From the NCBI GenBank assembly GCA_964106915.2, contig OZ066915.1: a stretch of 64,000 bases of DNA, one strand, 5' to 3'. The notes beneath the pieces are model-generated. The model ran no database searches and had not been told where the DNA came from. It saw only the letters and a program-made list of their open reading frames with translations. The stretch's first letter is position 1, and each line of letters begins with the position of its first letter. The position numbers and the translations under genes are program-made. This stretch comes from Podarcis gaigeae. Lineage: Eukaryota. This document shows, piece by piece, positions 36,610-49,496 of the stretch.

Positions 36610-37330
36610 AGGTCCACGTCAGCTGCTCCCGCTAATGCCCATTAGGAAATCTGCCAGTGGCCCCTTCTCCGACAGCCACATCCCCAGCCCTATAAAGAGC
36701 GAGGGGGGAGGCAGCGGGAAAAAGGCCGAAGGGGCCAGAGGCTTCCTGAGGGCCAGAGGCCAGGGCTGCATGTAAGGCTGCGCCGCTCGCTTAAGTGACA
36801 CGTCCCCACTAAGCCCTCCCCAAACCCCGTCATGCCGGCAGGATACTTTCCAGGCCCAGGCTATCGCCGAGGCCGCCCGGTTTCGGCTTCTCATTCTCCT
36901 TGTTCTCCTCTAGGCCCGCCGCGGAGCCTCCGCTGTTGCCTCCGCCGCTTCCACCACCTCCACGGCCGCTACCGCCGCTGACCACCTGCCGCTCAGCCGC
37001 CATCTTGCGCCTGTTCCACTCGCGGCGCGAGGCATCACGGGACGGGAGAGAAGAGCCGTCGGGAGCGCGGGGCGTAGCGGACATGGGCGCTGAGGATGAC
37101 GGGAAAGAGGAGGACGGGGCAGGGCTGGGCTTTCGGAAAGAGAAAGCGCTTTAGTAAGGGGCTATTTAAATGGTTGAGGCCGCCCCCGAGCCGCTGCACA
37201 TTCGGGCAGAGGGAACTGGGGCGGTACGTCAGCAGCTCTGTTAGCATTTAAAGCTGAAGCGAGGAAGCCGGTCCGATTTTTTTTTTTGACTCCAACTCCC
37301 ATCAGCCCCGGCTAGCGTGACTAACGGCCA
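36610..37330. promoter_or_regulatory. CpG island / SRP68 promoter
   Basis: High GC and CpG density spanning exon 1; GC boxes (GGGCGG/CCGCCC) near 37180-37225. Confidence 0.85.
36847..37003 (-). CDS. SRP68: SRP68 exon 1 (start codon; Gly-rich N-terminus MAAERQVVSGGSGRGGGG...EENKENEK...GDSLGLE)
   Basis: ATG at 37003; matches human SRP68 N-terminus; GT donor at 36846; the 16 exons sum to 1857 nt = 618 aa + stop with all phases consistent. Confidence 0.97.
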
Positions 37331-37852
37331 AGGATAATGGGAATTGCAGTCCAACAAAAACATCTGTAATTCCCTAGTCCCTCCGCGTGTAATTGTCTAA
37401 TTGAAATATTTGCATGCGCTTACCTAATTTGCACACACACCCCCGCCTGCTTCGTTTCCCTTGCCTTCAGCTGTTGTTTCCCTGAATCTATTTTTATATT
37501 TTAGGTTGTGTTCTTGTAAGGCCCCGTGTACTGATATGGTGTTAAATAAAAGTGACGAATTATTCTAATGGCAGGTTTGAGCAGAGGCTCCTCTTTTAAT
37601 TTCTAAGGAGCAATCCGCTCAGCAGACTCCCCAATACAGAAGACTGCTTCAGCTGTTGTCTGAGCACTGTTCACTTGGGTTTATTTAGTCAAACATTCAT
37701 TTTTTAGAACCACAGGAGCCCCCCAAGGCAGCTTACAAAGCCAAAATAACACATTAAAAACAAGAGAACATTAACATCAGCTCTGTTACAAATAAAATCA
37801 GAAGGAGCCAGCTGAACATGAATTGGGAGAAAGTTTCATAATCCACCATGAT

Positions 37853-39578
37853 CAGGGGCGCCGACTTATAAAAAATATTGGGGGGGCCCATACCGGGGTC
37901 CTGCCCCGGGAAGTTTTCTAAATTTTAGATGAAAATTAGTGAGTTTTAAAGTTTTTTTAAAGTATTTTAGAGTCATATGATCAACATTAGAACCCCGAAA
38001 ACTCGACTCTCTATAACTCCACACTCCGGGAAACTCGACAAGCCTGAAACACTTTTTGGCTTTGAAAAAAGAAACAAAACATAAACACGCACGGTATTTT
38101 CGTAAAAAGCTAATTTAATTTACAGTAACAATTATGCTTATAGACTATTACAGAGCAGTGAATATATAGCTCTGAAAAGACTGAAATGATATTTAAATAA
38201 ATCCTAAACTATCATTAAAAGAATAAAACATAAAATATTGCTGTCGCACAGTAATAGCACTTTGATTAATAAGTGAAATAGCTAATTTAAGCTTACATTG
38301 AATAAGGCTGAGGGTTCATTAAATAAAAATAATATCTCAAAGTTAATGCTTTAATACAGTTAATAAAGTTAATACAGTATGCCTAATACTGTATGTAAAT
38401 ACTGTAATACTGTATGTAAATAACGGGCTTTAATTGGGTCTTACACCCTAAAAATATTTAAGTATTTGAAAATAACTAATACAGTACTATAGTAATATAG
38501 AAATACAGTACTAAACTAGTACTAATATTTCAAAACTGAAAATTTAACATTCTGTATGTATTTAATTCTCTATTTTATAAAGATTTTTAATATCTGACAG
38601 TGAGTTTGGAGTAGCCCAATGCAAAAATCCTGAGGATCCATGCTTTGTAACCACGTTTTTGCACCACTGTGACCCTAGGCAACAGTGGGTGCGTGATTTT
38701 TTTGGTGCAAGATGTAGCCATGGACATGCTATGTGATCTGATGGTGAATTTGGGGTGACCCAATGCAAAGATCCTGAGGATCCATGTGGATTCGTGCTTT
38801 GTAACCATGTTTTTGCACCACTGTGACCCTAGGCAACAGTGGGTGCGTGATTTTTTTGGTGCAAGATGTAGCCATGGACATGCTATGTGATCTGATGGTG
38901 AATTTGGGGTGACCCAATGCAAAAATCCTAAGGATCCATGCTTTGTAACCACGTTTTTGCACCATTGCAGCTCCAGGCAACAGTGGGTACATGATTTTTT
39001 TGGTACAGACTGTAGCCATGGACATGTGATGTGATCTGATGGTGAATTTGGGGTGACCCAATGCAAAAATCCTGAGGATCCATGTGGATCCGTGCTTTGT
39101 CACCACGTTTTAAATGGGGAGGGAAGGAAAAACACAGAAGGGACAAGAAGCACAAGAGGGGTGTGCGGAGAAGCAGCTGGCTAAGAATGCAGGGGAGTAG
39201 TTTAACGGGGTGGGGGGGAGGAAAGGAAGGCAAAAGTCCCCCCCCCCAAGCCAGCCCTCTCTCTCTCTCTCTCTCTCCCACCTGCATGTTTTTCGGCTGC
39301 CTGCGAGCTGAGGCAGAATGCAGGAAAGCAGCAGCTTCTGCCTTCCCTCCGCCCGACCGCCCGATCTTATTTTTGCCTGATTTTTGCTCCAGGGACCACA
39401 CATTCGCTCAATAACATGCACAGATATTTCCCCTTACTTTTTAGGAGAAAAAATCTGCGTGTTATAGAGCGAAATTTACGGTAATAATTTTCTTAAATTA
39501 TTGGGGGGGCAGAGCCCCCCCAAACAAATTTTTGAGGGGGCTCGGGCCCCCTCAGGCCCCATGGAGTTGGCGCCTATG
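37853..39578. mobile_element. Non-autonomous hAT-like DNA transposon with internal tandem repeats
   Basis: Imperfect TIRs CAGGGGCGCCGACT / AGTTGGCGCCTATG; perfect 8-bp TSD ACCATGAT (37845-37852, 39579-39586). Confidence 0.85.
38590..39110. repeat. Minisatellite, ~3.5 copies of a 144-154 bp unit
   Basis: CCCAATGCAAA(A/G)ATCCT recurs at 38615, 38759, 38913, 39057. Confidence 0.9.
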
Positions 39579-40137
39579 ACCATGATTGCCAATTTAGAAA
39601 AAAAACAGACAATGGAAGGGTTCCTGTACCTTTAACAGAGCACAATAGACAACAGTAAAAAAGGGTGTTTTCGTGGCCAGCTCACTACAACCAGGGCCAG
39701 CTCACTACATTTTGCTGCCTGATGTGAAGGACAAAAGGGCAGCCTCCCCCAAGGTATATACAAAAGCCAACTGGACTGATTTTTGAATCTTACCCCATTA
39801 CTGGTGAATGAACAATATCCTCCCTGTGCTTGAGGACTGCAGGCTAGCATTGAGGACACATGACACTCACAGGTCTGGCCACTCACCACACCTCAGCACC
39901 TGCTGCCTGAGGCAGGTGCCTCACTGCCTCATCATAGAGCCTGCCCTGTTTTCAACTTAGAGATGGTTTGAGTGAGAAAGCTGCAGATGTTGAATTTTCT
40001 GTTTGGCCTGCAACAACTAAAGGCATGGGAACCTGCCATGAAAAAGATCCCGTGGCAGCTGCCCCAAACCTGGCACACTTTGTTATTCCAGAGAGTCATA
40101 CAGAGATGTCCTTTTAGAGCTCCATTATTCTCCAGCT

Positions 40138-40492
40138 TGGTGCTGGAGGAGACTCTTGAGAGTCCCATGGACTGCAAGAAGATCAAATGTATCCATTCTT
40201 AAGGAAATTGGCCCTGAGTGCTCACTGGAAGGACAGATCGTGAAGCTGAGGCTCCAATACTTTGGCCACCTCATGAGAAGAGAAGACTCCCTGGAAAAGA
40301 CCCTGATGTTGGGAAAGATGGAGGGCACAAGGAGAAGGGGACGACAGAGGACAAGATGCTTGGACAGTGTTCTCGAAGCTATAAACATGAGTCTGACCAA
40401 ACTGCGGGAGGCAGTGGAACACACGAGTGCCTGGCGTGCTCTGGTCCATGGGGTCACGAAGAGTCGGACACGACTAAACGACTAAACAACAA
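40138..40492 (+). mobile_element. Bov-B (RTE) LINE 3' fragment
   Basis: RVPWTARRSN..LRLQYFGHLMRREDSLEKTLMLGK..RRRGRQR; (CAA) tail; TSD ATTCTCCAGCT. Confidence 0.92.
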
Positions 40493-41094
40493 ATTCTCCA
40501 GCTGAACAGGCACCCCACAGATACAGTCTCACTGCTGTGCCGGCTTTAGCATGCTTACACAGTTCTGCAGAGTTCAAATGGCATTCTTGTACCTAATATG
40601 TTTAATGTGCAACTCAAATGTGTGCAACATCAGGACACTGTAAAAAAAAACATTCTTGTGCTCCCCAGACTTTTGATAGCAAAGCCAATCATTTTTTAAT
40701 GGATTAAAATGGGAGACATGCTTCCCTGTTACACCCATAAAGGTTTATGTTTAGAGTACTGAAGTGCTGAGAGAGAGAGGAGAGGAGATAATGAGTTATA
40801 ATGTCTGTAATAACATCTGCTTAGGCCAGCATGGCACTGGTCATGGCTGATGGGAGCTGGAGTGCAGGGTCACAGGTCCCCTCCCTGCCCATGTGTTAAG
40901 CATACTTACTAGGCAGTTCCCTGGCTATGATTGTGGCCTTCCAGGGTCCTCCAGTGGACATTTCACTGCACAAAGATCTGGCTGGTGGTGAATAGGTTTC
41001 TCCCTTCAACCCCAAATGAAGGGGAAGGAGAGCTGGGCTCTGAGTATGCATGTTCTGTTGACATGTGTTACTGGAGTGTAATCCCCCCTCGAAA

Positions 41095-41380
41095 GGAGCC
41101 TGCTGGATCAGACCAATGACCCATCTAGTCCAGCATTCTGTTCTCACAGTGGCCAAGCAGGCATCTGTGGGAAACCCTCAAGCACACTCTCCCCTCTTGC
41201 GGTTTCCAGCACCTGCTATTCAAAAGCATTACTACCTCCACCTGTGGGGGCACAGCATAGCCATCATGGCTAGTAGCCATTAGACCATGGATTTGTCTAA
41301 TCCTTTTTTTAAAGCCATCTAAGTTGGTAGCCTAAATTGTCTCCTGTGGGAGTGAGTTCCATAGTTTAACTGTGTGCTAA
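41095..41380. mobile_element. Old CR1-type 3' fragment (similar pieces at ~1880-1970 and ~45480-45600)
   Basis: CTGCTGGATCAGACCAAT..CCATCTAGTCCAGCATTCTG motif typical of reptile CR1 3' regions. Confidence 0.5.
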
Positions 41381-42364
41381 GACCTTTGGGTTTTCTTTGT
41401 CAGTGAAACAACCACATGTGGAGGGGGAAATTGGACTCTCCTTGGACTGTTCACAGGCTCCAACTTTTTCAATCCATTTTCATCATCTTTTCAGAATGTG
41501 AGTCTCTCAGCAGTAAATTAGATTTCTTCTCCAGACATATTTTTTTAAAATTGAATTGTCACGTTGACCTTATAGGAGGGTTTTACTCTGCCCAGTAAAA
41601 TACATCACATTCATAACTGCTATTTTCGCTAATATATTTCCCATTTGCAGGTCTGTGCGCACTGCATTTTAAAATGAGAGTGGCATCAAGGCGCACACAT
41701 CCTTCCTTCTGCCCTGGGGGAAATGCACTTTAATATTAATAAAGAATTAGTAAAATTCTGCTACAGCTCATTTCTCTTGTGTCACCTCTATTTCTGTGCA
41801 GCTTGCTTAAATCCACAAGGGCTTTTGTTGTGGCTCCTGAACACTTTCGACTTTTGTTTTGTTTTTTGTAGTTCCTAATAGAAAAATGGATGCAGGCTGA
41901 TTTTCTGCCTCCTGTGGATGTTTTCAAATATTCAGTGCCATATTGTGTGATGACAGGAATGAAAAGATTCATTCCCACATGACCATTCCATTTCTGATTT
42001 TATATCTCAAGTTCCTAAAATGACCTTGTGTAATACCTGTTTTCAAAGGGCATGGTGGCTGAGATGTGTCCACTGTCCACTTGCTAGGTTCAAAGAACAA
42101 TAAGCTGGATGGGAACCTTAACTTCACAAAAACAGTGACTTGCTCAGAAGGTTTCATAGACAAAACAGGATCTGAACTAGTCTTCTACATTCAAGCAGTA
42201 TATGCCCCTGTCCACTGCAACCCAATGGCTCTCAGCAGTTCAACAGCAGTCTACAACATGATGCGACCTGAAATATACTTGGAGTCCTATAGCGATTTCA
42301 TGCTCTTTATTGCAGCTTGTAAAACAGTGATTGAATTGCCTCCCAAACCTCAGGCTTTTATATA

Positions 42365-42579
42365 CAGTGGTGCCTCTGGTTAAGTTCCGGAGGTCCGTTT
42401 TTAACCTGAAACTGTTCTTAACCTGAAGCACCACTTTAGATAATGAGGCCTCCCTCTGCCGCTGCGCTGCTGGAGCACAATTTCTGTTCTCATCCTGAAG
42501 CAAAGTTCTTGACCCGAGGTACTATTTCTGGGTTAGCGGAGTCTGTAACCTGAAGCATATGTAAGCTGAGGTACCACTG
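42365..42579. mobile_element. Tigger/pogo-like MITE
   Basis: CAGTGGTGCCTC / GAGGTACCACTG TIRs, TA TSD. Confidence 0.8.
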
Positions 42580-44098
42580 TACATTATTTACACAACGAGT
42601 CCCGTCTGATTGGCTGATTCTGCTTTCCTCCTGGAGTCTGATTGGTCTTTTCCTGCAGGCCAATCAGTTGTTGCATTCTATGATTGTACCAGCCTAATAG
42701 GCTGATTAACCTCCTCCTGGAGCCTGATTGGTCTTCTCCTGCAAGCCAATCAGTTGTTGCATTCTAGGATCCTACTTGCCTATTGTTCTAGGATCCAAGC
42801 TTAGTACATAAAAACCTAACCACTTGGGACAGGTCTCCTATAGGAGCACTTGCAACCCTGCAACCATACACAATAGTTGAGTTCATCTGGGACACCATCA
42901 TTTATTAAGGTTGCTGAGAGTTTTCAGGAGACCTTTATACTCCCTCTGAGGGGTACAATTCCAAGAGTGGTTTTGTAGCCTTATTGGAGTTCAGTGATTG
43001 GGTCTGCGTTGCTCCCGGACAGGAGGAAGAAAGTCAAATGACACCGAGGGTTGGTTCAGAGAAAGAGTTCTTTATTTCTGCTCTCTGGAACAGCAGAAAG
43101 GCACCTGCGTGGTGTGTCCACAGCAAGTCCAAGGAAATGAGAAATTTCATGCAGTATATACATCCTCCAGGCACCCTCTCCCTCCTTCCCCAGGAATCCA
43201 ACCATGTCAGCCTATACACGCAGGTTGACATCACATATGTTCCTGCTCCGGTATTCTTAACCATAAAAGGGTATTCCTTCCTGTACTTCTGACCATAAAA
43301 GGATATTCCTGTTGCTACTCTTATCTTGGAGCAAGAGGTCACCATCTCCAAGAACACACTCTGGCGCTGTTCCCGGACTAGGGCTGTGCATCAGCATGTA
43401 AGATAAGCCCTAGATATGTCATCCCTACTCGGCTGGAACAGCCAAGGCCATCCCTTGCCGTGACTGATAAAGGAGAGAGTTTGTTTATGCAGCTGTGTCC
43501 TTGTTATGCATTTGCTCATCAGCTCAAGTTTTATGTATTTTAGAAATGCTAAGAAGAAAAGGGGGGGGGGTCGAGTCAGTTTTAAAGTGACTGCACAGAA
43601 ACCCATTCCTTCAGTTTAACCATCAGTTCCTCTTCACAGGGAACTATGGGAATTGTAGTCAGGGTATCATTACTTTTTCTGATTGTTCCCAAGTTTTTGT
43701 ATATGATGATGGGGTTCGTTCCAGATATATCCTTATTTTCATCACTCCCCACCAGCACCAGCACGATGCCTGGCCCAAATCAAGGACTGTTTCAAAGTTG
43801 TTTGGGTAGGAGGCAGCTCAGTACAGAAAAGCAGAAACATTCTTATTCGCTCCTCATACACTCCATACTTGGTATTTTCTGTAATTTTCCATGTACTTCT
43901 TTTCTATTTCACAAAATTAATAAAAACAACAAAAACAGCTTGCAAGCCAGCATTAAGTATGTCTTTTTATTTGTGACAATTCAAGTGTGTGGCTGACTGT
44001 AATAATTCTAAATTATCCCAGGATTCAGTTACCTTTTATTTTCTAGTTGTAATTGCCAACAGCATACCAGCGACAGACAATATAACAACCAAGACTTA

Positions 44099-44100
<2 letters not shown>

Positions 44101-44142
<42 letters not shown>

Positions 44143-44306
44143 GTAGTCGTTTAGTCGTGTCTGACTCTTTGTGACCCCATGGACCAGAGCACCCCAGGCA
44201 CTCCTGTCTTCCACTGCCTCCTGCAGCTTGGTCAAACTCATGCTGGTAGCTTCGAGAACACTATCCAACCATCTCGTCCTCTGTCGTCCCCTTCTCCTTG
44301 TGCCCA
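44101..44306 (-). mobile_element. Bov-B 3' fragment with expanded (CAA)n tail
   Basis: TRRRGRQRTRWLDSV..VHGVTKS; (GTT)n 44101-44140. Confidence 0.88.
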
Positions 44307-45010
44307 ATAGTGTCTGGCAAAGAAGAAAGCTATTCAAACATATTTTGCTAACAACAACAACAAAATGAATGGATCTTCTCATATTTGAACTATTTTTCTT
44401 TTCTTTTCTGCTCTTCTGGAGTTGGCATCCATTTTGTGCTTGGCTACACTGCTGGTGGCAACCATTTTCTGACTGGTGCTGTCCATGCCTTTTCAAAATT
44501 CCCAAAATGCCCCTGGACCAAGAAAAGGTTGGAGACTGCTCATCTACAGATAGCCTCTCCCTTCTATTCCATGTCACAGATCTTGCTGGATTTGACCAAT
44601 AAAGTGCTTATAGCCAAAATCATTACCACCCTTATTCCACAGAGTAGAGAGCACACCATATGGTATGCAAGTTAGCAGCTATGTGGCAGCAGCAGCCCAA
44701 TCTGTTCCGTTGAGGGTACCTCTATATGGGACTTTGCTATTTTTCTAATTTGGTGCTTTGGCATACAAAAAAATGGTGTGTTGTGCCTCAGTGGTGGAGC
44801 ACTTAGTTTGCATGCAGAAAAGCCCCTGACATTTCAATCTTTGCCATTTCCAGTTAAAGCTATTAGGTAGCAGGGGCTGGGAAATACGTTTTTTTCTGCC
44901 TGAGACCCTGGAGAGCAACGGCCAGTCAGCATTTCCTCATGATGTTATTATTTGCTCTGACAACTTTCTCATTAAATATGAATTTATGGAAACTATCAAA
45001 GAGAAAGGGG

Positions 45011-45011
<1 letters not shown>

Positions 45012-45053
<42 letters not shown>
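45012..45053. repeat. (AAT)n microsatellite
   Basis: Direct observation. Confidence 0.95.
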
Positions 45054-45054
<1 letters not shown>

Positions 45055-45607
45055 TGGTGCTCCAAGGCTTTTAGTACAGAAACAATGAGAACAGAGAAAT
45101 TTTAGGCAGCTCAAATACTCTTATCGCTGGGGCTTCCCATTTTCTCTCTGTGTAGAGGATGCTGGTATTACTCATTCTGCCATCAACGAAGAAAGAAGCA
45201 AATCATATTTTACAGTCGCTCAGCCTGGGAACACCATGGGATTTGTAAGAACTGGAGGAAGATGAACTTATGGATGTACTCAGTGCAGGAGACTGGGAGA
45301 CAGTTTCTTCTAAGAATATAAACATTGCTTTGGAAAAATTGGAGAAGAGCCCAGAAACATCAGGTCGTTACGTTCACATTCTTCCTCCACACACAAGAAA
45401 TGATATGATGTTTTATTAGCACTGTTCCTCATCAGTCTAAGCATGATCTTTATTAAATTCTAAATCCTCAACAGTAAGCGTTCTGGAAGGGAGTTCCCAA
45501 GGGTCATCTAGTCCAACCCCGTGCAATTCAGGAATCCATGACAGATGTTCATCCAACCTCTGCTTATAATCTTCAAATAAAGGAGGGTCTACCACCTTCA
45601 TTCTACT

Positions 45608-45858
45608 GAAGAAGAGAAGAAGAGTTTGGATTTGATATCCCGCTTTATCACTACCCTAAGGAGTCTCAAAGCGGCTAACATTCTCCTTTCCCTTCCTCCC
45701 CCACAACAAACACTCTGTGAGGTGAGTGAGGCTGAGAGACTTCAGAGAAGTGTGACTGGCCCAAGGTCACCCAGCAGCTGCATGTGGAGGAGCGGAGACG
45801 TGAACCCGGTTCCCCAGATTACGAGTCTACTGTTCTTAACCACTACACCACACTGGCT
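45608..45858 (-). mobile_element. Squam3-like tRNA-derived SINE
   Basis: A/B box head, (CTT)n tail. Confidence 0.78.
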
Positions 45859-46759
45859 GGGACTCATGCCTCCAGCATTCTGTATTCTGTACTGCAGATT
45901 CTCCACTGCTGACGGTGATTCGCATGAGCATGGTGGCACATTTTTCAGCCGCTACACTCAGCAGAGATATGTGTAAATATCTGAGCCGGCTGCATGTGGT
46001 AGCTGTTAATGTGTGCACCACTAGCTCTTACATATCTTGGAAGATTCTGCCCCTTCCCTGATGCACCAACGAAGGGTTGAACAACAGTTCATCCCTTTGC
46101 AGTAAGAAGTTATCAGCAAAGGAATGACAATTTATTTATCACTAAAGCAATCCTTCCGTTCTTCCAAAAGCACATGGGCAAGCCCCAGACTTCCAAACAC
46201 TCTGAATGTTCAGTGTGTGTAGTATGTATGTGGGGAGGGGTCTGTGTTTCCATAGATACCATTTCCTTTTATTTTAGCTGTTTGTCTCCCTGGAAACAAG
46301 AGGCAGGCTTGACTATATTAGTCCCCCAAGCATAGCATGGATTCAGAACACACTGAGCGCTATATTAAAACGCCCATAAAAGCGCAACTGGCAAGAAGTT
46401 TAGTCCTTCAGCTTCGCACACCTACAAGAGTGGCTGCCAGCGAGGGCTTCCCTTCAGAGAAAAGGCAGCTGTCTGAAAGGCACTCCAGCGCCATACAAAG
46501 TCGGAATCTGTTTGCTGTGAAAGGAAATAAACTTGGAGCTTTAACGGTACCGTTTTAAAAAAAACTTGATGGCAGGCAGAAGTCCAGCATCTGTGAATGG
46601 ATCTTGGGCTGAGCTGAAGGACTGCAAAGAGGAGAGTCGCTATGTAAAATATCTGCTATGATGGAAACAATTTCTTAGAAGAAAAGTTGACTTCCAAACA
46701 GAAGCCATCTGTCTCCTCCTGGCTAAGCCTTTCTCCATCGTCTTCTCCCTAATCAGGGC

Positions 46760-47139
46760 ATGCAACTTGCTTCCAAGATGAACAGAACATTGCCCCAGCT
46801 AAACTCTTCAGGAAGCAGCGAGAGCAGCTGTTGGCATCTGGTGTCTATTCTCATTCCTCTAGCGTATTCTCTGATTTTCCTGGTAGGCACGGTGGGCAAC
46901 TCTCTGGTGCTGGCAGTGCTGCTGAGGAACAGGCAAGTCAACAACACCACCAACCTCTTCATCCTCAATCTGGGAGTGGCCGACCTGTGCTTTATAGTCT
47001 TCTGCGTGCCCTTCCAGGCCACCATCTACACCCTGGATGACTGGATCTTTGGGCCACTCATGTGCAAAGCAGTCCACTTCTTCATCTACCTGACCATGTA
47101 TGCCAGCAGCTTCACCCTCACAACTGTATCCCTAGACAG
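46760..47139 (+). CDS. GALR2: Galanin receptor type 2, coding exon 1 (TM1-TM3, ends ..VSLD R)
   Basis: [44 protein letters not shown] match GALR2; GT donor at 47140 splits the DRY codon; alternative start ATG at 46778; synteny with SRP68. Confidence 0.95.
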
Positions 47140-48715
47140 GTGAGCAAGCAGTTGGGGAGCCGGGGGGGGGGGGAGGAGGAGTTTGGACTTTTAGAGTTAC
47201 TATAGAGTATCAATATCTCTGCAGCTACTACTTCCTTGCATGCATGTAAAACTTTGTTTCGTAACTTTCTCACTGTTCCATCAATATACTTAGTGTTTTA
47301 CAAATCCAGGACAATGGATCCAAAAAGGAAACATTGTCTAGACAAAGGAGGGGCCCCAGAATAACAGCATCACAAGGGTCATCTTGTCTATGCCCTTACA
47401 TCAATAATTCCCTTCAAACAAATTATCCCAATACTATACAGACCATAGGGTGCCCCTAAACAGAGTCAGGTAGATTGTGAGATTTGGCATTCTTTTATTT
47501 CACATGTCAGCACATGTCCAAAGGCTTCCTGACTCCTTTTGTTGAGGTAACCTGTCCTAAAATTTATCTCCAGTATTTGCACCCAAATATTGGGTGTAAC
47601 TCCAAATATATGCAGTCGGTGTTCTTACAATGACAAAAGTAAATGAAATTTTTAATATGAGAATCTATATTGTTCCTATGGTTTTGGTTAAAAAAAAGAA
47701 GAAAATTGTAATGTGAAAGCATTTTGTTGCTGGTGAAGTTATGTTGTAAATTCAAAATAAAAAATGGGGGTGGGGGATAAAGAAGGGTTTCTCTGAAATA
47801 ACTACTTCCAGGCTGCTTGAAGAGCATATTTTTTGGGGAACCTCAATGTACCCTAGCTGCTTGGTAAGTGCAGCTGTATATTATACGATTATGAAAACCT
47901 GTTAGTCACATTCATATATGAAATAATATCCGGTGTTACAGGTATGTGCATATAGTGAAGTTAGAAGGAAATGAAATGCAGAGGGTGGAGGAAGAGAAAT
48001 ACAAAAAATAAAAAATAAAGACACTGAATTACTTTATTAATATTGACTATGTAAAAAAAAAGTTGTTGATATTACAGACTGAATTGGGACACTGGGGGGT
48101 ATTTAGCTAAGTTTTACTCAAAGTAGACCCATCGATATTAATGAACATGATTTTGTTAGGTCCCTTAATTTCAGTGGGTCTACTCTTAGCAAAACTAGCT
48201 GAATACTAAGGTGAATTTTTACAATTTGTTTTTTAAAAAATAAAAATTGCATTCCACGTTAATTGGCTCTCCAGTGCCAGAGCTATCAACAACAACTTTG
48301 TGTGTTGCAGTTATCACCATCTGTACTATTCTACATTTCATTTTCCCACAATCTATCCACACACACACACACACAAAACACTTCATGCATCCGACAAAGT
48401 GGAAATTTGTCAACAGAAACTTAAGGCATAATAAATTTGCTAGTCTTTAAGGTGCCACAAGACTCTTTGTTGTTTTCACATATTGAGTTAAGGAGCTCGA
48501 TTGTATGATAGTGGACTCTGGTGCTGCCATTTCATCACAGGGAGAAACTTCTCCAACATTCAAGATATTATTTTGGCTATTGCATTTACCGTCATAACCA
48601 CGCCCTGCAACTTTGGTTTCTTCTCACATACAGTATTTACTAGATTTGATTTGATTTAAATGCTGCTACCACCTCAGCATCGTGACCTTCTCTTGCTTTA
48701 CTTTTGCCTTCCTAG

Positions 48716-49496
48716 GTATCTGGCCATAAGGTACCCTTTGCATTCAAGAGAACTGCGAACCCCCAGGAATGCCCTCACCGCCATTTGTCTTATCTGGGGC
48801 CTTTCCTTCATCTTCTCCGGACCTTACATCAGTTACTACCAGGAGTTTCAGGTGGCCAATGTTACCGTCTGCCATCCCATCTGGAAAGTCTCTCAGCGCA
48901 AAGCTATGGACCTCTGCACTTTTGTCTTCAGCTATGTCATTCCTGTGCTGATTCTGAGCCTCACCTACGTGAGGACCATCCGTTACCTCTGGACGTCGGT
49001 GGACCCCATTAAAGACATGTCGGATTCCAAGAAGGGCAAACGCAAGGTCACACGGATGATCATCATTGTGGCTGTTCTCTTCTGCCTTTGCTGGCTGCCC
49101 CATCACTTGGTCATCCTCTGCTTTTGGTTTGGCTACTTCCCACTGAACAACGCAACCTACGTGCTCAGAATCCTCTCCCACCTGATTTCATATGCCAACT
49201 CATGTGTCAACCCCATTGTCTACGCTCTGGTATCCAAACATTTCCGTAAGGGATTCAAGAAGATCTTCAGTTGCCTCTTGCACAAAAGAGTGACCAACAA
49301 GGTTCATGTGGCACAGGTGACTCACACAGTGAGCATCTTGGAAGCGGATCTGACAGAGGTGATACACGTCAGTGAGCCCACTCATGCCAGGGCCTCCAGC
49401 TGCTGTCAAATCCCCATCCAGACATGGGGGGAGGCAGAGCAGCTGAGCCGCCAAGAGAGAGTCACCAACCCTTTCATCACTTTCAATGTCACTTAG
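48716..49496 (+). CDS. GALR2: Galanin receptor type 2, coding exon 2 (TM4-TM7, C-tail)
   Basis: YLAIRYPLHSRELRTPRNA, KRKVTRMI, CWLPHH, SYANSCVNPIVYALVSKHFRKGF; AG acceptor 48714-48715; total 386 aa. Confidence 0.96.

Noticed and set aside
37004-37084. In-frame upstream ATG extending SRP68 by 27 aa
   Set aside because: The conserved N-terminus starts at MAAE (37003) in strong Kozak context; the extension has no support and may lie upstream of the TSS.
38562-39421. Several long ORFs with repeated peptides; CRISPR-like or repeat-protein appearance
   Set aside because: They arise from a tandem minisatellite inside a hAT element; there are no unique spacers and the genome is eukaryotic.
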